From a virus (Duplodnaviria > Caudoviricetes): a stretch of DNA of 35,109 bases. The position numbers were made by a program, and so were the translations under genes. This document shows, piece by piece, positions 17,701 through 25,999 of this stretch; position 1 is the first letter of the stretch; every line of letters starts with the position of its first letter. Where the stretch lies: IMG/VR virus record IMGVR_UViG_3300020045_002874, positions 1 through 35,109 of that record. One strand, written 5' to 3'. A model generated the notes under the pieces. That model did not search any database. It had not been told where the DNA came from and saw only the letters and a program-made list of their open reading frames with translations.

Positions 17701-19585
17701 TACTCGTGCATTGTCTGCTCGTCAAACCTTTGGCTCAACCTACGAGACAAACCTCTTCATGAAAGAATGGTATACGGAAATGTTCAAGAAGGAAGATTGG
17801 GTCAAAGCCCAATTCAAGGATGCAAGTCCTGAGTTCGTTGATGAGTTAGAAAAATTCTTCACAACGAACAATATGTTGGCTAAAGAGTCGACTGCATCGA
17901 TGTTCTCCTTTATTGATGAAACATACAGTGCCATTAACAAGAATAATAAATCGAATCAAATGCTCCTTGCAATGTCCTTTGGAGATAGCAAAAAGAGTGG
18001 TGCAGCCTTCCAAAACCTATCCTCGAAAGTGGAGGTTCCAACGGGCTACAAACAAATGAACTCAGATGATGTGCGTAACACGATTAGAACGCTTGAGAGC
18101 AATATGAAGTTTGCAGGTGAGAACAAACTCACACGAGACCTCGTAGACGACTTGAAAGCCTCGCTTGTAAGTGGAAGACAACCTGTTGTTGAACGCCATA
18201 TCTACGAAATGCTCAAAACAACCAACGAGATTAAACCAAAAGACGGATTGAAGATTATTGATGCGTTCAATAGTATGTTCAAGGTTGGTAAGACCTTAAA
18301 CCCAGCGTTTAATGTCAAGAACTTAAGTGGACATATGGTCAACCAATGGCTAGCAGGCGTACCAATGACTTCGATGTTCTCTTATGCAAATCGTGCATGG
18401 TCCATGCGTAAATTAATGGCGACCCTCGATGATGCAATTGTTAAAGGTGGGATGGACTCGCTTGATGAGACTCAAAAAGCCTTGTTCCAAACTTACCAAG
18501 AGTTCTTGGATGCTGGATTCTTATCTCGTGCGAGTGTCTATGCCTTAAATGACTTAGACCCAAATACACGCTGGACCGACCCAATGAGTTCACAAAAACA
18601 CTTTACAACATTAACAGATAACTTTGCGACTCGAGGCAATATGCAAGCGAACTTAGTGGTGGATAACACCGCTCGGTTATCGACTTACCTCTATGCCAAA
18701 GAACATCCTGAGTTTATTGCGAAGTTAGGGATTGATGTGACTCAACCGGATTCAGCCATGAAAGCCGTTCGACTGGTCCACTTTGACCCTAATGACTTAA
18801 CCTTCTTTGAAGATGATGTCATGAAGAGATTGATTCCATTCTACACCTTCACTCGTCAAAACATGGCGTTCCAAATCAAGAACCTCACAAGACATAGTGA
18901 AAAATATAACAAACTCTTTAAACTTTACAACTCTTGGAACTCAAATGTCATGGACCTTAGTCCTGAAGAGATGCAACAATACCAAAGAGAGCAATTCTAC
19001 ATTCCGGTGTGGAAGAAACAAGATGGTGAGTTCGTGACTGTGAAGTCAAGTATCCCTACGGCTGCCTTAACCGAATTAACATTCGACTTTGGTGGTATGT
19101 CCCAAAATGTTGTGTCTAAACTGACTCCACTCTTGCGTGCCCCATTCGAGGCAGCAACCGGTACACAAACCTTCACAGGTCAACCGATTGAGCGTTACGC
19201 AGGCGAACTAAGCACTCGTATCCCATTGCCTTACATGACAAAGAGTATGGAGTGGTTGATGAGTCAATCTGGCTTAGATACACCTATTGCAGCCATTGCA
19301 CAAACCGCTAAGGCTGGATTCGACATTGCTCAAGGTGGAAGTCCTGAAGAGTCTCTATTCAAGGCTACAAGTTTACTCACAAGTATGAATCCTCAAGATA
19401 CACAAATCTCGAAACTCTACAACGATATTGAAGCGTTGGATGCGAGAATCCAAGTCTTGAAATCAACTGGTGTTGAACTTCCAACTTTAGAAGAGATTGC
19501 TCAAAAGACTCAAAGTGATACAACGCTTACAAAATTGAGTGAGTTGACTAAAATCAATGACCTCATCAATAATATAAAAAGGTAG
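14780..19585 (+). CDS. Large internal virion/ejection protein (polyvalent-type) with putative ART domain
   Basis: 1601 aa and last gene of the structural arm; Gly/Ala-rich N-terminus; NPAFNVKN and LIPFYTFTRQN motifs typical of large ejection proteins; central GYDGVI...EVIDF segment. Confidence 0.7.
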   Translation: MALTGSQLDKLMKSIPKAGSEQLPSIASKLPSKVDTITSLTKQVANTSTRLANIGEDAKKITDTRNPLEKILNLTPDQNFIFDLFEIINRPQQALFGGIEAGVEGGDVLSGALTGLTGENKTSFKDVLKASTGSDLGDVEGQLDFVDVAGLVGDVLLDPADLALLMVTGGASMTGSIASAGLDVGKGLEAGADVAKAATESVDILGKVQDVLFGEGKRLAKVKFEDYVSAVVSSKARTKLGLEGASLTSMTMKSMGGAMKGVTQFSDAAFTQGFKMIDDSGELSKAYEGLKKGIEGVKSNAGQAIKKQVSLANEKFNTTMLMLRGVDTRYIDWLKTYAKETLPEGKLFDDWFGELNVKLIDVYEKKYGSKLLNPGAALGFMTSPTHSLPYGKNTLDDLFELFGRDNIEPFVSVKKFSNGIEYLEFDAKVFDEGSSLVKGLRDKIKQPKTVFDSSTRKAYEKTLKYSDSTLYEQYRAKVAKYESTLDDEVAKRFTKETGREVLPTTKKSSEWRSVKASYEAEMLNLGKHPQSGLMDNSFNANRYNVWLSPDERKAALAAMSPEDVLAYKQQIKLGKQRVSSVVTIESKQDAIERVYVEGDKFLRDKAPIRHKVVETEAMKATDKLNDLNLIDDVSVSDNAITVNKDGSMSVNAVRFSGDTGLESPRGYNYYMGQNMAVDESYMTESALPKRYGGSVKTQTTFEFNRPFVASSKKLSWNDDVVDAIREKVQYADKLKRQDASLWKYNNLFILNKGTMRQAYNEDNIKKFLSLLNDNIDISSGFGKLDAKDFDEILTNLKKLSPTSQVSGQLLDNSYVYTTLDDAFHLKVVEKAGYDGVIGIVNNKSVGEVIDFSKNKVAGTLEDMTFTDKLNRATRQGRVRMEGYKNEASEAYMNELLGNKVFTDGADKFKDYLHEAQRAVGWREFGDDEALLKMSFDGYATHGLNQSVKDSFEAIKQAHPEWANKIDFTVFMPGRTRALSARQTFGSTYETNLFMKEWYTEMFKKEDWVKAQFKDASPEFVDELEKFFTTNNMLAKESTASMFSFIDETYSAINKNNKSNQMLLAMSFGDSKKSGAAFQNLSSKVEVPTGYKQMNSDDVRNTIRTLESNMKFAGENKLTRDLVDDLKASLVSGRQPVVERHIYEMLKTTNEIKPKDGLKIIDAFNSMFKVGKTLNPAFNVKNLSGHMVNQWLAGVPMTSMFSYANRAWSMRKLMATLDDAIVKGGMDSLDETQKALFQTYQEFLDAGFLSRASVYALNDLDPNTRWTDPMSSQKHFTTLTDNFATRGNMQANLVVDNTARLSTYLYAKEHPEFIAKLGIDVTQPDSAMKAVRLVHFDPNDLTFFEDDVMKRLIPFYTFTRQNMAFQIKNLTRHSEKYNKLFKLYNSWNSNVMDLSPEEMQQYQREQFYIPVWKKQDGEFVTVKSSIPTAALTELTFDFGGMSQNVVSKLTPLLRAPFEAATGTQTFTGQPIERYAGELSTRIPLPYMTKSMEWLMSQSGLDTPIAAIAQTAKAGFDIAQGGSPEESLFKATSLLTSMNPQDTQISKLYNDIEALDARIQVLKSTGVELPTLEEIAQKTQSDTTLTKLSELTKINDLINNIKR

Positions 19586-19805
19586 CAATTACGCTACCTT
19601 TCTTTTTGTTGAGATGCTTGATATGTTGTTGGAAGTTAAACTCATTTTCTTGAGCAATTTTAACTTTTAATCGTTCGATTACTTCTATGAGTTGGGCATC
19701 GTTTGGAACAATAATTGAGTAGTAACTGTTGGGATTCTCCAAGTAGTCCTTCATAGATTGAGCACTTACAACAACCTCTTCTAGGGTTATATACTCATCG
19801 GTCAT
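19566..19805 (-). CDS. Hypothetical protein
   Basis: ATGA-coupled to the exonuclease gene; its 3' end runs through the terminator. Confidence 0.6.
   Translation of the reverse strand: MTDEYITLEEVVVSAQSMKDYLENPNSYYSIIVPNDAQLIEVIERLKVKIAQENEFNFQQHIKHLNKKKGSVIATFLYY
19576..19607. terminator. Bidirectional terminator between the converging arms
   Basis: AAAGGTAGC-aattac-GCTACCTTT, with an A run on the left and a T run on the right. Confidence 0.75.
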
Positions 19806-20692
19806 TTCTTTTGCTTTGCTCTCACTGTTGTCACAATTGAGCCGGCTTTTTGATACTTGGTTAAGTCAATCTCAGGATGCTCCATCTCAAGGGCGAGCGT
19901 GTCTAATGAACCTGCTCGTTGATAAGATGAAACGCTTAGTGAATACTTGTCGTCTGTATAGGCGAGAGCCTTGTACTTGTTCTTGAAATAGTCCACAATC
20001 GTATCTTTCTCATCATCAAGGACTTTGAGTTCACTTGTGAGTTGAGTCAAGCGTTCGAGGTATTCACTATCCTCAATTGGGTCGAAGATGTCATATTGCT
20101 CGACAATGATTTTGTTCGAGTATTTTTGAACCAAATCCCAAGGGAAGTCTTCTTTACTTAGGATACCATTAAGGATACCATAGACGGCTTCAACCATTGT
20201 AGTGATGTCTTGAATCATATCTTCGTTACGACGAATCACTTTCCAAATAGGTTTACCGTGGAAGAGTCCACCGAGTAAGGCTTGATTCCATCCTCGATGT
20301 AATAGGTAGGCTTGGCATTGAAATTCATAACCCTTGTTATTGGTGAATACACCGCTACTTGAGTTTGAAATCTTGTTCTCGACGACTGTATCCTCACCAT
20401 CTAAGACGGTTTCACCATCCAATTTGATACGCAACTTACCGTCTAAAGCATCTTCTACACCAACATTTCGATTGGTGATTTTGATTTTTAGACGATATTC
20501 AAGTACATTTAGGGACGCATCTTCAAGAATGTTCCCTAATTCCATGCGTGCTAAGGCTTCCTCATCGGGTTCATCCTCAATCTCACCCATGTCAATCATG
20601 AGTTGCTTGATGGGGTCATTAAATCCACATCCGAAATACGAGCCTAGTGAACTGGCTGCAACTGCAAAGCGTTCTTTATTCGCCATATACAC
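19802..20692 (-). CDS. YqaJ/lambda-exonuclease-like PD-(D/E)xK nuclease
   Basis: AASSLG, MELGNILE, KLDG, VENK and YEFQCQAYL motifs. Confidence 0.75.
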   Translation of the reverse strand: MYMANKERFAVAASSLGSYFGCGFNDPIKQLMIDMGEIEDEPDEEALARMELGNILEDASLNVLEYRLKIKITNRNVGVEDALDGKLRIKLDGETVLDGEDTVVENKISNSSSGVFTNNKGYEFQCQAYLLHRGWNQALLGGLFHGKPIWKVIRRNEDMIQDITTMVEAVYGILNGILSKEDFPWDLVQKYSNKIIVEQYDIFDPIEDSEYLERLTQLTSELKVLDDEKDTIVDYFKNKYKALAYTDDKYSLSVSSYQRAGSLDTLALEMEHPEIDLTKYQKAGSIVTTVRAKQKK

Positions 20693-20891
20693 CCTCCTTG
20701 AACCCTAAACGGGTTAGCACATGATAGATAAACTCCATGTCACAATCGTTTGTGAATACCAGTCTACCTCTAATTCCACTCTCTTTGTCCTTAAAGTAGA
20801 CAACTACATCTCCATCACTTGCAATCTCGACTGTATAGGCTTCACTTGGAGCATCCAAGTGCATTAACATATTTAATTTATCTCCGAACAT
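20676..20891 (-). CDS. Hypothetical protein
   Basis: SD GAGGAGTGA; overlaps both neighbours in the operon. Confidence 0.6.
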   Translation of the reverse strand: MFGDKLNMLMHLDAPSEAYTVEIASDGDVVVYFKDKESGIRGRLVFTNDCDMEFIYHVLTRLGFKEGVYGE

Positions 20892-22309
20892 TTGTCATCA
20901 CTCCTCTCTATGTTTAGTTTGTTCAACACCTCTTCCGTAAACTCAACCTTTCTCAAGGTCATTTTGTATATATCTTCATCAATCGTACCTCGCATAACCA
21001 TGTGATAGTACATAGGCAACTTCTCTTGCCCGATTCTATCAATGCGTCCCAAGGATTGCTTGTATTCGAGCGAACTCTCAGGCATTGCGTAGTAGATGAT
21101 GATGTGGCTTTTGAATTGTAGACCGTCGATGGATTCACCGGCAGCATTGTATTGAGCCAATACGACGCTGTAATCATCTCGTTTAATATCATCTGTCTTG
21201 TTATTATTCGCTCCATTGAGTGTGATGTAGGTTCGTTTAAGGTCCTCACATACTTTTTGAAGTTGTTTTAACTCGACATTGTACTTATAGAAGATGATAA
21301 TCGTCTCATCGGTATCTTGTAAGAACTCTTTTACCCATGCGGATTTGATTGTATTGTCCTCATAGATGAGTGTTGTGCCAAACTTATCATGTCCCATAAT
21401 CACACCGCTTGTCAAGGTCTTCTTGGCAATTCGCATGGCGGATAGGCTCTCAAGATTGAGTCCTTCGTACCAACGCTCCTTGTTCAACTTGATATAGGAC
21501 TTAGGTTTATCGAAATACTCAACGATATTCTCAGGCTCACCATCCGTGAACTTAGGTACATAGCGTCGTGATACAACGCCGAGTAGATTGTCTAATTCTT
21601 GGGTGTTGCGATACCCAATGATTTTCTTGATTGGAAACGCTTGACCGGGGAGTTGTAACTTACGCACAACACAATATCTTTCTTCAAATGCTCTATAAGT
21701 CATTTTTAAGTGCCCTAGGAAGGTCAATTGCGTAAAGTAGTCCACATACCCACCGAACTCCTTTTGGGTCGGTGTAGCCGTTAAAATAGCCTTATACGGT
21801 GTGAGGGGTCCTAAGCGTAGTACAAAGTTCGTAACTTGCACAGGTGAACGCTTGGTCCCTAACTCCTTAATCTTATGAGATTCGTCCACGATGATGGTCC
21901 ATGTTCGGTCGATGACTCTAGTCAAACTCTCTAGTTTAGACACAACCTCAAGTGACACGACGACTGCATGTTGAATGAAGTGCGTATTTGAGATGAGTTC
22001 GTCCTTAACCTTGGCGGTTGATGTCTTAGGGAATGGAAGCACACTCATCGTGGGCAACATGGTATGAATACTCTCTTTCCACTGCTCAACTACACGAGCC
22101 GGGCAAATGACAAGTAGATTCGGTGTACGATTATCAATGGCTTTGAAGAGACTTGTGTAAGTCTTTCCGCTGCCGGTACCCATGAAGAGAGCGATGCTCG
22201 GAAGCAACTCAAGTTCATCAAGGATTTGGGTTTGCCAAGTTCTTGGCTTAATTTGAGGGTTTGAATACATGCTTCCACCAACTTTCTCCACCATTTTTAA
22301 GACCTTCAA
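20873..22309 (-). CDS. SF2 (SNF2-like) helicase
   Basis: MGTGSGKT, DESH, TATP and QSLGRIDRIGQ motifs; the true start may be the ATG at 22270. Confidence 0.9.
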   Translation of the reverse strand: MKVLKMVEKVGGSMYSNPQIKPRTWQTQILDELELLPSIALFMGTGSGKTYTSLFKAIDNRTPNLLVICPARVVEQWKESIHTMLPTMSVLPFPKTSTAKVKDELISNTHFIQHAVVVSLEVVSKLESLTRVIDRTWTIIVDESHKIKELGTKRSPVQVTNFVLRLGPLTPYKAILTATPTQKEFGGYVDYFTQLTFLGHLKMTYRAFEERYCVVRKLQLPGQAFPIKKIIGYRNTQELDNLLGVVSRRYVPKFTDGEPENIVEYFDKPKSYIKLNKERWYEGLNLESLSAMRIAKKTLTSGVIMGHDKFGTTLIYEDNTIKSAWVKEFLQDTDETIIIFYKYNVELKQLQKVCEDLKRTYITLNGANNNKTDDIKRDDYSVVLAQYNAAGESIDGLQFKSHIIIYYAMPESSLEYKQSLGRIDRIGQEKLPMYYHMVMRGTIDEDIYKMTLRKVEFTEEVLNKLNIERSDDKCSEIN

Positions 22310-22574
22310 TGACGGCTTTCACATCGTCCACACTTGTCACAAGTCCGGCAACGCCTCTAGCCTCAATGATGTCTTGGATGGTTTTGCGTTGTTGCATGGT
22401 AGGAGCCCCAACGGAGGTCTTAACTTCAAGACCAACAAACCATCCGTCATAACATACGAGTAAGTCAGGAAACCCCGATAGATTTGAAGCCCCACTCATA
22501 CGCCAATGTAATATTCTGTTTTGTTTTAAGTAGGCGATAATCTCATCTTGAATCAGGGTCTCATCTTTCTTCAT
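22248..22574 (-). CDS. VRR-NUC domain nuclease
   Basis: E..IQ..I, GFPDL, GLEVK and PTMQQ motifs. Confidence 0.85.
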   Translation of the reverse strand: MKKDETLIQDEIIAYLKQNRILHWRMSGASNLSGFPDLLVCYDGWFVGLEVKTSVGAPTMQQRKTIQDIIEARGVAGLVTSVDDVKAVIEGLKNGGESWWKHVFKPSN

Positions 22575-22954
22575 CTAGGGTCGCCACCCATTAAGAAGTT
22601 CAAGTAGAACTGGGCTTTCTTTAAGTCCTCATCACCGTTTTTATGGCGTTCTCTTGAGATGTACTTGAGTAAGTTTCCTTTAATGTAGCCTCTAAATTCA
22701 TCGGGTGTAAGTTGGTCTTTGATGTAATCAATAACCTCAATGGCTCCCGACTTGTAGTGGTTTGGGTGATTAACTTTATCATCCATTGGTCGTTTCTTTG
22801 TCAGGAACTTAGTCATACACTCCTGACCACAAAAGGCAGGTACCCCCTTTGTTGGTGTGAAACTTACTTCTTTACCACACTCGGAGCAAAGTGCTTTTCC
22901 TGTTGTGGTTGTACTTAATGCGTCTTCAAAATCTTTTGTTGTTGCAAATCCCAT
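22571..22954 (-). CDS. DUF3310 (T7 gp1.7-like nucleotide kinase family) protein with N-terminal zinc finger
   Basis: VNHPNHY...EVIDYI...GNLLKYISR...KNGDEDLKKAQFYL; CSEC...CGQEC. Confidence 0.8.
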   Translation of the reverse strand: MGFATTKDFEDALSTTTTGKALCSECGKEVSFTPTKGVPAFCGQECMTKFLTKKRPMDDKVNHPNHYKSGAIEVIDYIKDQLTPDEFRGYIKGNLLKYISRERHKNGDEDLKKAQFYLNFLMGGDPR

Positions 22955-22955
22955 T

Positions 22956-23150
22956 TTAGTCCTCCTTTTCTAGTTTTGTTATCTTCCACTTATGATTGAA
23001 TGTGCTCCCTGTTCGTAGACCGTATTTTACACCGGACACGCTGATTCCTAAGAATTGTGCAGCCTCATCTCGAGTTCCTACGAACACGGTTGCTTCAACC
23101 TCATCAATCTCATGGATGATATATTGCTGTCTTGCTTTTTGATTAAGCAT
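22956..23150 (-). CDS. Small HTH DNA-binding protein
   Basis: GTRDEAAQFLGISVSGVKY helix-turn-helix pattern. Confidence 0.6.
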   Translation of the reverse strand: MLNQKARQQYIIHEIDEVEATVFVGTRDEAAQFLGISVSGVKYGLRTGSTFNHKWKITKLEKED

Positions 23151-23400
23151 AATACTTCTCTTGTATTTGGGTTAGGCTAACTTGATTAGTCTCGGCACAC
23201 AAGATGAAGGCTAAGTCACCGGGTGACATTTCCCCACTTACTTGAGGCATTAACTCATTCATTCGAGTGAGATATTCACTCAATTTCTTATCGTCTAAGG
23301 GCTCAACACTTATCCAATTCTCTATGATTTGTAGTCGATAGTAATCGTCAATCGTATTGGCTGCGTACTTGACTATTTTATTGACTTTATCGAACTTCAT
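23143..23400 (-). CDS. Hypothetical protein
   Basis: ATG 23400 follows SD GGGAGG at the end of the polymerase gene. Confidence 0.6.
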   Translation of the reverse strand: MKFDKVNKIVKYAANTIDDYYRLQIIENWISVEPLDDKKLSEYLTRMNELMPQVSGEMSPGDLAFILCAETNQVSLTQIQEKYYA

Positions 23401-23401
23401 A

Positions 23402-25516
23402 CTATTCCTCCCATTCTTTTTTATCAGCCCAATTCGTGGTTGTGTATTCAACTTCACAAATCATGGGGACCCAAGGAACCTCGGGAACATCATCCATAAT
23501 TGCTTTTATTTTAGGTACTAAGTGTAACTCATCGTTATGAACTCGAACCACAATTTCATCATGGATAGGCATAACGAATGAACTCTTTGTACCTTCAAGA
23601 AGTTTATCAACCTTAATCTCAACTCTCTTAACCATGTCAGCACTCGAGCCTTGTACGACATAGTTGCCTGCTTTATAGAACCACTTGCTTTCCTTCATGT
23701 AATAGCGACGACCATAGAGACCTTCAACGAACCCTTGCTTGTGGAGCAAGTTTACAATCCATCTTTGGTAGTCACGAATCTTAGGGAAGGTTGCGTAGTA
23801 GGCTTTGTCTAACTTTGTTGCAATCTCTTCACTCACATCGAGTTGCTCAATGATGGCATTAACACCACCTTGATAATTCTTCAAGAAGTTACATACCTTA
23901 CCTAGTTTGCGATAGTGGCTAAACTCGGGGTGCTTCTTATCTCGATTCAATTCAGGGAAGGCGGTGAATGTTGTCTCAGTATGGACATCCGTAGGGGACC
24001 ATATCTCGTCCTTATCATCCATCCACTCTCCGCTGTTCCATCTGGCTAAGACTTTCGGGTCTTTATAGTCGAACTCTTCACCGGTCAAGAACGATGTGCA
24101 CTTGAAGGGCATATACGCTCTAAGTAAAGTTGTATCCCCGACTGAACTTATCAAGGTGTAGTAGGCTTGAACCCTTAACTCTTGTTGGGAGTAATCGAAG
24201 AAGTACAAGGTGTACCCTTCATCAGCGATGATGGATTTGCGTGGATGATAGAGTTCGTTTCCGGACTCGTCCTCAAGGGCTTCTTTCGGTTGTTGTTGGA
24301 AGTTACTGCTCACACGACCACTTACGGTCCCTGCGAGTTTAATCTCTGGGTACAAGCGTCCCTTCACCATGCGATTCAAAACTCCATCAATGTAGGTGGA
24401 TAACCACTTATCAACTCTTCGTAGGCGTTTGATTAGGGCAATCACTCGCCCTAACTCACCTTTGTTGTTGACTCGACTTAAGGTTTGAGCATTAACTTTA
24501 TCCAATAAGATGTTGTATTTTCGAGACAAGAGTTTCTTAATGACTTCGTGTTGCCCAACGGTCAACTCAGACAAGCCGGTGAGTTCTCTTAATTCCTTGT
24601 AAAGACTATCTCGATAACTCAACACTCGTTTACGACTAGCGAGCAAATACTCAACATCAATCTTGAATCCGACACGCTCTTGTCGAGCCGTCAATCGAAT
24701 CAACTCACCTTCTCGCTTAAACACGACAAGGTTTGGGTCGACGGTCTTTAAGGTTGGGATGGCTTTGCCAATCCACTCAAGCATAATCACGATGTCGTCA
24801 TAGGCGTAGTTTATCATGAGGTTAGGCTTTTCTCGATACACATCGTAGTAGGTTGCATCTCGATACAACTCATCCATGCGTTGAAAGACTTCCTCATATT
24901 CACTCACCACATAGGCGACTCTCTTCTTCTTAAACAACTCCCATACTTGGGCGTAGTTGATGTCGGGGAACTCGGCTTTAATCACTTGTTTAGTGACCTT
25001 CGAGTTCTTGGCGTTCAACTCTTCAATACGCTTTTTAATAACATCTCCAGCGAACTTTGAACTCTCATCGACATAGAGTTTACCCATGTTTTCTAACCCA
25101 ATTAGTAACTTCTCATCGGCATAGTTTGTCAAGCGTGCAATCGTTTGACTGTCCACATACTTCACACCATCTGGAATGGGATGACCGTAGTTTATCATCA
25201 TGTGATAATCGAAGGTGGCATTGTGAGCCATCACCCAATTACACAAGTGCATCATCTTGTACACCAATTGCACAATTTGAGGTCCTAATAAGGTAGTTAA
25301 ATCTGCACCATACACTCGCTTACCCCACCCAAAACTCATGAAGAATGGGCTGTCAACCATGACATTAAGTCCCGTAGTTTCGGTGTCAAACATCATGATT
25401 TTAGGTTGGTCAGCGTCAAATTGTCTTCTAACCTCCACCATATCCTCAAGCGTCTCAATTAACTTTGTGTGATACCCAAACTTTTGGTGCAGGAACATTT
25501 TATTTAAATACTCCAA
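23402..25516 (-). CDS. polA: DNA polymerase family A with 3'-5' exonuclease
   Basis: FDTETTGL (ExoI), HNATFD (ExoII), YAYDD (ExoIII), GTVSGRVSS, DYSQQELR (motif A), RKLGKVCNFLKNY (motif B), IHDEIV (motif C). Confidence 0.95.
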   Translation of the reverse strand: MEYLNKMFLHQKFGYHTKLIETLEDMVEVRRQFDADQPKIMMFDTETTGLNVMVDSPFFMSFGWGKRVYGADLTTLLGPQIVQLVYKMMHLCNWVMAHNATFDYHMMINYGHPIPDGVKYVDSQTIARLTNYADEKLLIGLENMGKLYVDESSKFAGDVIKKRIEELNAKNSKVTKQVIKAEFPDINYAQVWELFKKKRVAYVVSEYEEVFQRMDELYRDATYYDVYREKPNLMINYAYDDIVIMLEWIGKAIPTLKTVDPNLVVFKREGELIRLTARQERVGFKIDVEYLLASRKRVLSYRDSLYKELRELTGLSELTVGQHEVIKKLLSRKYNILLDKVNAQTLSRVNNKGELGRVIALIKRLRRVDKWLSTYIDGVLNRMVKGRLYPEIKLAGTVSGRVSSNFQQQPKEALEDESGNELYHPRKSIIADEGYTLYFFDYSQQELRVQAYYTLISSVGDTTLLRAYMPFKCTSFLTGEEFDYKDPKVLARWNSGEWMDDKDEIWSPTDVHTETTFTAFPELNRDKKHPEFSHYRKLGKVCNFLKNYQGGVNAIIEQLDVSEEIATKLDKAYYATFPKIRDYQRWIVNLLHKQGFVEGLYGRRYYMKESKWFYKAGNYVVQGSSADMVKRVEIKVDKLLEGTKSSFVMPIHDEIVVRVHNDELHLVPKIKAIMDDVPEVPWVPMICEVEYTTTNWADKKEWEE

Positions 25517-25985
25517 CTAAGTTATCGAATGACATGATAAATCGTTTTGCTTCATTAGCATGGGCACGAATACCACAAGTGAGAATCTCACTGTCCATTT
25601 CAGCCAACCAAGTCTCATCCGCAAAATTATCTGGGTTGTGCTCGACTTTGAATTGGTAGAGGTAATTGATGCTCATCCCCAAATAGTGTTGGGAGATATG
25701 GTAGCGGGTCTCGTTGTAGAGATACCCCATGAAGATAATCTCTTGTTTTCTGCGTTTCGTACCGATGGCGGTCCCATTGATAATCTTGTTATCTTTGTTG
25801 AAGATACCAACCAATAGGCTCCAATTACATTGGAACATTTCAGTAAACTTTTGTAACAACTCCATGGCTTGAACCTCCCCGTATTGACGCTCAAGTTGCA
25901 TTTTATAAGACGCAAGACGCATCTCGAGGATACGAGGATGGTACTTGTATTTTTCTAATCCATCTTTTAGTTTTTGTTCTCTCAT
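25500..25985 (-). CDS. Hypothetical protein
   Basis: SD AAAGGAG; lies between the primase-helicase and polymerase genes. Confidence 0.65.
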   Translation of the reverse strand: MREQKLKDGLEKYKYHPRILEMRLASYKMQLERQYGEVQAMELLQKFTEMFQCNWSLLVGIFNKDNKIINGTAIGTKRRKQEIIFMGYLYNETRYHISQHYLGMSINYLYQFKVEHNPDNFADETWLAEMDSEILTCGIRAHANEAKRFIMSFDNLVGVFK

Positions 25986-25999
25986 ATAGCCACTCCTTT

